Source: Cyanophora paradoxa CCMP329
Taxonomy: Eukaryota > Plantae > Glaucophyta
Direction: 5' to 3'
Assembly (NCBI GenBank): GCA_004431415.1
Contig: QPMI01000066.1
Span: forward strand, 124,001-188,000
Length of the DNA stretch: 64,000 nt
A program made the position numbers and the translations under genes. Below the pieces are notes generated by a model. It searched no databases. It was not told where the DNA came from and saw nothing but the letters and a program-made list of their open reading frames with translations. Below, one piece after another: positions 59,001 through 64,000 of this stretch. The first letter of the stretch is position 1. Each line of letters starts with the position of its first letter.

Positions 59001-61330
59001 CCCGAGGGCGCAGCCGAGGGTACCCCCTCGGACTCCTGGGCGGGGTACGAGGGCGACCCGACCAACTGCTCGGCCACGTGGCTCAAGCCCCACATCGCCA
59101 CCTACAAGTCCGTACCCCGCCCCGCCTCCTTCCCCCCCTTCCTGTAGCTGACGGCCCTGGCCCGCCCGCAGCGTCAAGCTGACGGTGCGGGACGTTGCCG
59201 GAAACGTCGCGAGCGCCACTCAGAAGACCGTCATCACGAACCCGACCAGTGCGTACCCTTCTCGCGCTCCGTACCCCCCCCCTGCCGCTCATTCCCCCCT
59301 CCCCCTCTTCCAGTCATGTCGATCAAGGTGACGCTGGACCGCGACTACGACCAGTTCGCGCTCGAGTACCCCTCCGAGAACTTCTACGACCTCGTCATGG
59401 TGCCTTACCCCCTTCCCCCCCCCCCCCCCCCCCCCCCCGCCCCGCCCCCGCCCCCGCCAAAAGCAACGCAAACACCGGCGCGGCTGACGCCGGGGGCGCC
59501 AGAGACTGGCGGAGGCCTCGCAGCTGGACCTGAAGCAGCTCTTCGCCGTCTCCTACTCCCGCGGCTCGTGCGCCCCCGCTCGCTCGCTCGCTCTCCAAAC
59601 AACGTATAAGAGCTCTACTATACTTCCTCCAAACATCTCATAATAAGGGTTCTGCTATGCTACAGTACAAGTTCTCGCTCTCGTATAACAGCTCTAGTAG
59701 ACTATAAGCATTAGACCTAGAAGCGTACTACCGGCTGCGTCGCGGGCGCGCCCCTCCTCACGCTCCCCCCTCCTCGCCCAGGGTCATCATCGAGTACAAG
59801 GCGTTCCGGCTGCCCTCCCAGTCGGAGGCGGACTTCCAGCTGATGTGGGAGCGCATCACCGAGGCGCTGTTCGCCCGCGTCTTCGGCGTGCCCGTCACCG
59901 GCCTCAACAAGCAGATCATCCCCATCGTTCCCGGCGGCGGTCCGTCCGCCTTCAGACTCACCCGAGCCTCGCCTGTCCCCTTCGGACTCACCTGAGCCTC
60001 GCCTTCGCGCAGGGAACGGGTTGACGCCGCTGACGATCGTGGCGCCGGTGACGGTGTACATCGCGCAGGGCAACGCGACGCAGGGGCGCATCCCCTGCAA
60101 GATCGTCGGCGACGTGCGCCCAGTAGGGGAGGGAAAGGAGGGCGCGGGGGCTGGCTGTGGCTGACGCGGGTGGCTGGGGTGGGGGGGGAATAGGTGCCGG
60201 TGCTGCAGGCGTACTGGCGGCAGGTGAACGGGCCGATGGACATCTCGCTGCTGCTCTCCGCGGCGCGCCTCACGGCCTTCGACGCCGGCCTCTCCCTCCC
60301 CGCCAGCCTCCCCCTCGTGCGCCCTGCCCCCCTTCCCAAATATAAGAGCCGCGAGAAATTAATCTTCTCCGCCCCGCCCCGCTCCTCCCGCCCGCCCGCC
60401 GTCTCCCGCCTGCCCGCCCGCCCGCTGCCCAGCGCCCCGCCCCGCCCCGCCGAGCCTCGCCTCCGCCCGCCCGCCCGCCCGCCGACTCGCGCCGGGCGCC
60501 GGGGCGCAGGGGACGTACATCATCGAGCTGGTCGTCGAGGACGTCTTTAACCTCGAGACCCGCTGGCGGGTGCGCTTTCACGCCGCCCCCCGCCCTGCTC
60601 CGCTGTGCTGTGCTAGGCCACGCCGCCACGCCGTCACGCGTCCTTCGCTGGGCGGCGGCGCCGCGCGCTGGCGGCGCGGCCCCCCGCCCTGATATCTTCA
60701 ACTTGCCTTCGATATATGCGGCTCCGGCGCCCCGCGCTCACGCCCGTGCGTCGCGCAGGTGGAAGTCAAGGTGGTCACCACGCTGCCCTCGCTCCCCAAG
60801 TCCACCCGTGCGCCCGCCCGACGCTACGCACAGCGTAGCGTAGCGGGGCGCTGAGAGCGGGGGGGGCGCGCGCGCGCCCGCACGCGCAGAGGACCCGAAC
60901 AAGGGGCGGGAGGTGGGGAAGGGCATCACAGCGGCGGTGGCGACGGCCGCCGCCGTCAGCGTCACGACGGCGGCGGTCGTCGCGGGGCTGGGAGGCGGCG
61001 CCCTGGGCGGGCTCAGCGGCCTGGGCGGGGACAAGGACATGAGGGTGTCGGGCAAGGGCAAGCTGCGGGACGGGGAGGAGGAGGAGCAAAAGGCGCAGCG
61101 CAAGGCCTCCCGCCTCGCGAGCCGCGGCGCGAGCGGGGCGGGAGGCGGCGGCGGCGGCTCCTCGTCGGGCGGGAACACGCGGGCGCCCTCGGGCGGGAAC
61201 ACGCGGCCCGTGTCGCGGGGGCCGAGCGTGGCCGTGGGGACCGCGGTCGCGGACCGGGCGGTAGGGGCCCGCCTGGCCTCGCGGCAGGCCTCCAAGGCCC
61301 TGGAACCGGCCCGCCTCGTCGACGGGAGCG

Positions 61331-61371
<41 letters not shown>

Positions 61372-64000
61372 GTGCGGACGGCCGGCGGGGCGCCCCGCGT
61401 CGTTCGCGTCAACCTGGACGAGCGGGCGGCCGGCCCGGCCCGGGCCCCGCCCTCCCGCCGGGCGGCGGCGCCGCCCGCGGCCCCGCGGTGCCGCCGGGCC
61501 AGCGCCCGGCGCCGCTGCCAGCGAACAGCGTGCGGAACTTGAACGCGGGGCCCCTGCCCCTCTCCGTCGCCGGGGACGCCGAGGCCGCCGGGCGCTCGCC
61601 CATGCGGCACGTGGACTCCACCATCACCTTGGACAGGTGAGCGAGAGCGAGCGAGAAGAAGTGCATTAGCACGCCTGGCGATGCGCCGCGCCGTTCTGCG
61701 CCGCGCTGCAGCAAGCAAGCAGCTAGGATCTAGTATTAGATTCCAAAACCAATCCCGCCTAACTAGCAAGGCTCTGTCTGCCTCGCCGGCCCGCCCCTCG
61801 CTCACCGCCCCTCGCTCACCGCCTCTGCGCGCCCGGCGTCAAGAGTCTCTAATCCTATCTAACTAGCAAGGCTCTGCCTGCCTGCCTGCCTCGCCCGCCC
61901 CTGCCTCACCCGCCGGCCCGCCGGCGCCGCTCACTCTGCGCGGCAGCGACGTGGAGCTGGAGCTGCGGGACACGGTCCCCGTCGGCAGGGAGGAGGACGC
62001 GCTTGAGCAGAACAAGGTCCGCAGCGCTCTTTGAAGCTTAAAGCTAAAAGCTTAAAGCTACAAGCTTCCTAGCGGGGCCTTCTTCTTATTTGGATTGCGC
62101 TCGACGCATCACGCTTAGAGCTTCCTAGAGCGCGATAGGGGCGGGGTGGGACGCTCGCGGCCTCCCGGCGCGGCCTCCAACGCGATCCCGACGGCGACGC
62201 TCGCTCTCCCGTTCCCCGCGCGGCCTAAGCTCTAGGATCTAGCAGGCTTTGCAGCGGGATCCAGTAGGATCTCGCATGTAGGTTTTCCGCTCGCTCACCC
62301 GTACCCCCCCCCCCTCAGGTCTGGCGCGCCCTTCGCGCCGGAGGCGCCGGCGTCGTCGTGCGCGCCCGCGTACCCCCCCCTCGTCCTCCTGTCCCCCCCC
62401 TGACGCCCGCCCGCGCCCCGCAGAGCGTGTTCGGGGTGGGCGGCCTCTTTTCCTTCCGCCCCGCCCCGCCTGGCGCGCCGCGGCTGAGTGTGCCCCCCCC
62501 CCCCCCCCCCCTCCCCGCTTCGTTCGCAGCACATCTCGTTCATCGCGTCGACGACGTACGTGGGGGGCGCCTCGGACGGGTACTCGGCCCTCGGCGACGC
62601 CCTCAGTGCGCCCCGCCTTTCCGCCCCCTCCCCCGTTCCGCTTCGCCCGCCTCGCTTCGCGCCCTGGACGCCTCCGCTTCGGACGCCGGCTGACGCCGCC
62701 TGCTCTTCCCCTCAGACTGGGCGCTGATGCGGCCGACGGACGCGCCGTGGGTCAAGCCCCGCACCGAGAGGACCCGCACCGTCACCATCGTCGACGCGGT
62801 GAGTGGGCCCGCCAGATCGTACAAAAGAGATCCCACTGGAAGTTCCATGCTCGCCGCTCCGCTCGCCCGCTCGCGTCGCTTGACGGCCGCCGCCCGTGCG
62901 CGCGCAGGACGGCTTCATCGTGTCGCGGGAGACGGTCAAGCTGGCGGCGGCGGCGCGGCGGCACCTGCTCCAGGGCAACGGCACGGCGGCCGCGGCGACG
63001 CCGCCGGCGCTGGCGGACCCCTCGGTCTTCAAGCAGCCCTTCACGGTCACGCAGCTCGAGACGGTGGTGAACCTCAAGACCTACGAGGACAAGGTACCCC
63101 CCCCTTCCCCTCCCCCCCGCCCGGCCGCCCGCCCTCTTTCCAGGGCGCCCCTCCTGACGGCGCCGCGCCCGTCCCCGCCCCGCCCGCGCAGGTCTTCGAC
63201 GACCTCACCACCGTCCTCTTCTGGACCACGGTGCGCGGAGCCGGGCCCCTTAGAAGCGGTGGAAGGAGAAGAAGAAGCAGCAGTGGGCCGGCCGGCGGCC
63301 GGCCGGCTCACGGACGCCCACGCACTAGATCCCCCTTAGAAGGCCCCTTAGAAGCAGTAGAAGAACTCGGCCCCTAGGACGCCCTAGGCTGACGCGCGGA
63401 ACTAGGCCCCTTAGAAGCAGTAGAAGAAGCAGATCCCGTCACGCTGACAAGCGGGCGCCGGGCTGGGGGGCCCCCCTCGGCGGCCAACGGCCGGCTCACG
63501 GGCGCCCGCGCCCTAGAGTCTACCTAGTAGCGAGAGTCCTACATCGCGCCGGGCCGCTGACAGGGGTGACCCCGCCAGATCGTGCTGGTGTTCATCCAGA
63601 CGCTGCGGGCCCTCGCGTACCTGCTCTGCCGGAAAGTCTTCGCCAAGTACACGGGGGGCCAGGTCCCCCACACCTTCGTGCGCCCCGCCCCTCCCTCCCC
63701 TTCCCTTTATGGTGTGGGCGCGCGGCCCGGGGGAGGGGGAGAGGCCACAAAGAGCTTGGGGGGGGGGGGGGGGGGGGGGGGGGGAGGTCCCTTCCCTTCC
63801 TATCCTCATAAAGAAAGGAGAGGTCGTAAAGGTCCCCCGCACCTTCGCGCGCGCCCCCTTCCTCCCCTCCCTTCCCTTCCCTTTCTATCCTTTGTGACCC
63901 CTCCCCCGCGCAGCTCTTCCCGAACATCGAGCTGGAGTTCGTGCAGATCATCATCCCGGGGCTCACGCTCCACGCCGCCCTCGTCCTCTCCCGCGGCCAG
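56040..64000 (+). CDS. Large membrane protein, 3' end beyond window: signal peptide, WD40-like propeller, P/T linker, Ig/PKD-like domains, TRP(PF06011)-like multipass region
   Basis: GVASVGLLVLLVVTVPALA; ASGSYDGVLRVY, GGDKSVRLW, VGADGRIVFW, TGAIDGELTLW; PPPTPTPSPSP; LDGLTS..VKLTVRDVAGN; ITAAVATAAAVSVTTAAVVAGLGG; QHISFIASTTYV..YSALGDAL-W; VLFWTTIVLVFIQ; LFPNIELEFV. Start codon uncertain. Confidence 0.7.
63240..63520. repeat. Intronic duplications (GGCCCCTTAGAAGC x3; GGCCGGCTCACGG.CGCCC.CGC.CTAGA x2)
   Basis: Direct repeats inside intron 63231-63578. Confidence 0.7.

Noticed and set aside
1-64000. Introner elements, tRNA/rRNA genes, autonomous transposase or viral genes
   Set aside because: By eye, no near-identical introns at unrelated sites, no cloverleaf or rRNA signatures and no DDE/RT/capsid motifs; a computational scan could still find weak cases.

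Overview
Eukaryotic, very GC-rich, intron-dense DNA. Introns are short, with GT/GC-GCGC donors, CTGAC/CTCAC branch sites and GCAG acceptors; the style resembles a glaucophyte such as Cyanophora, which I cannot confirm. Most entries in the ORF track are spurious or exon fragments. Manual splicing gives nine genes: the 3' part of a WD40-repeat gene (to 4019); three intact paralogs of a 4-exon, disordered Ser/Arg/Pro-rich protein I do not recognise (5622-6799, 10706-12134, 49120-50345); a divergent pair of giant surface-protein genes (a GPI-type protein with a Pmp-like beta-helix, 27368->13707, and a LamG/FN3 type-I membrane protein, 33682-48242) separated by a 6.3-kb nest of MITEs; pyridoxal kinase head-to-head with a DHHC palmitoyltransferase; and the 5' part of a WD40/PKD/TRP-like multipass protein gene. 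Most notable: (i) duplicated sequences diverge mainly by short fold-back (palindrome-making) insertions, even in frame inside exons; (ii) the paralog family conserves PP2A-B56 (LxxIxE) and 14-3-3 motifs, and its copies bracket the giant-gene block, one carrying an inverted piece of the PDXK 3' end; (iii) an R-x-L-L-Q motif recurs in all three giant surface proteins; (iv) GC-AG introns are frequent.
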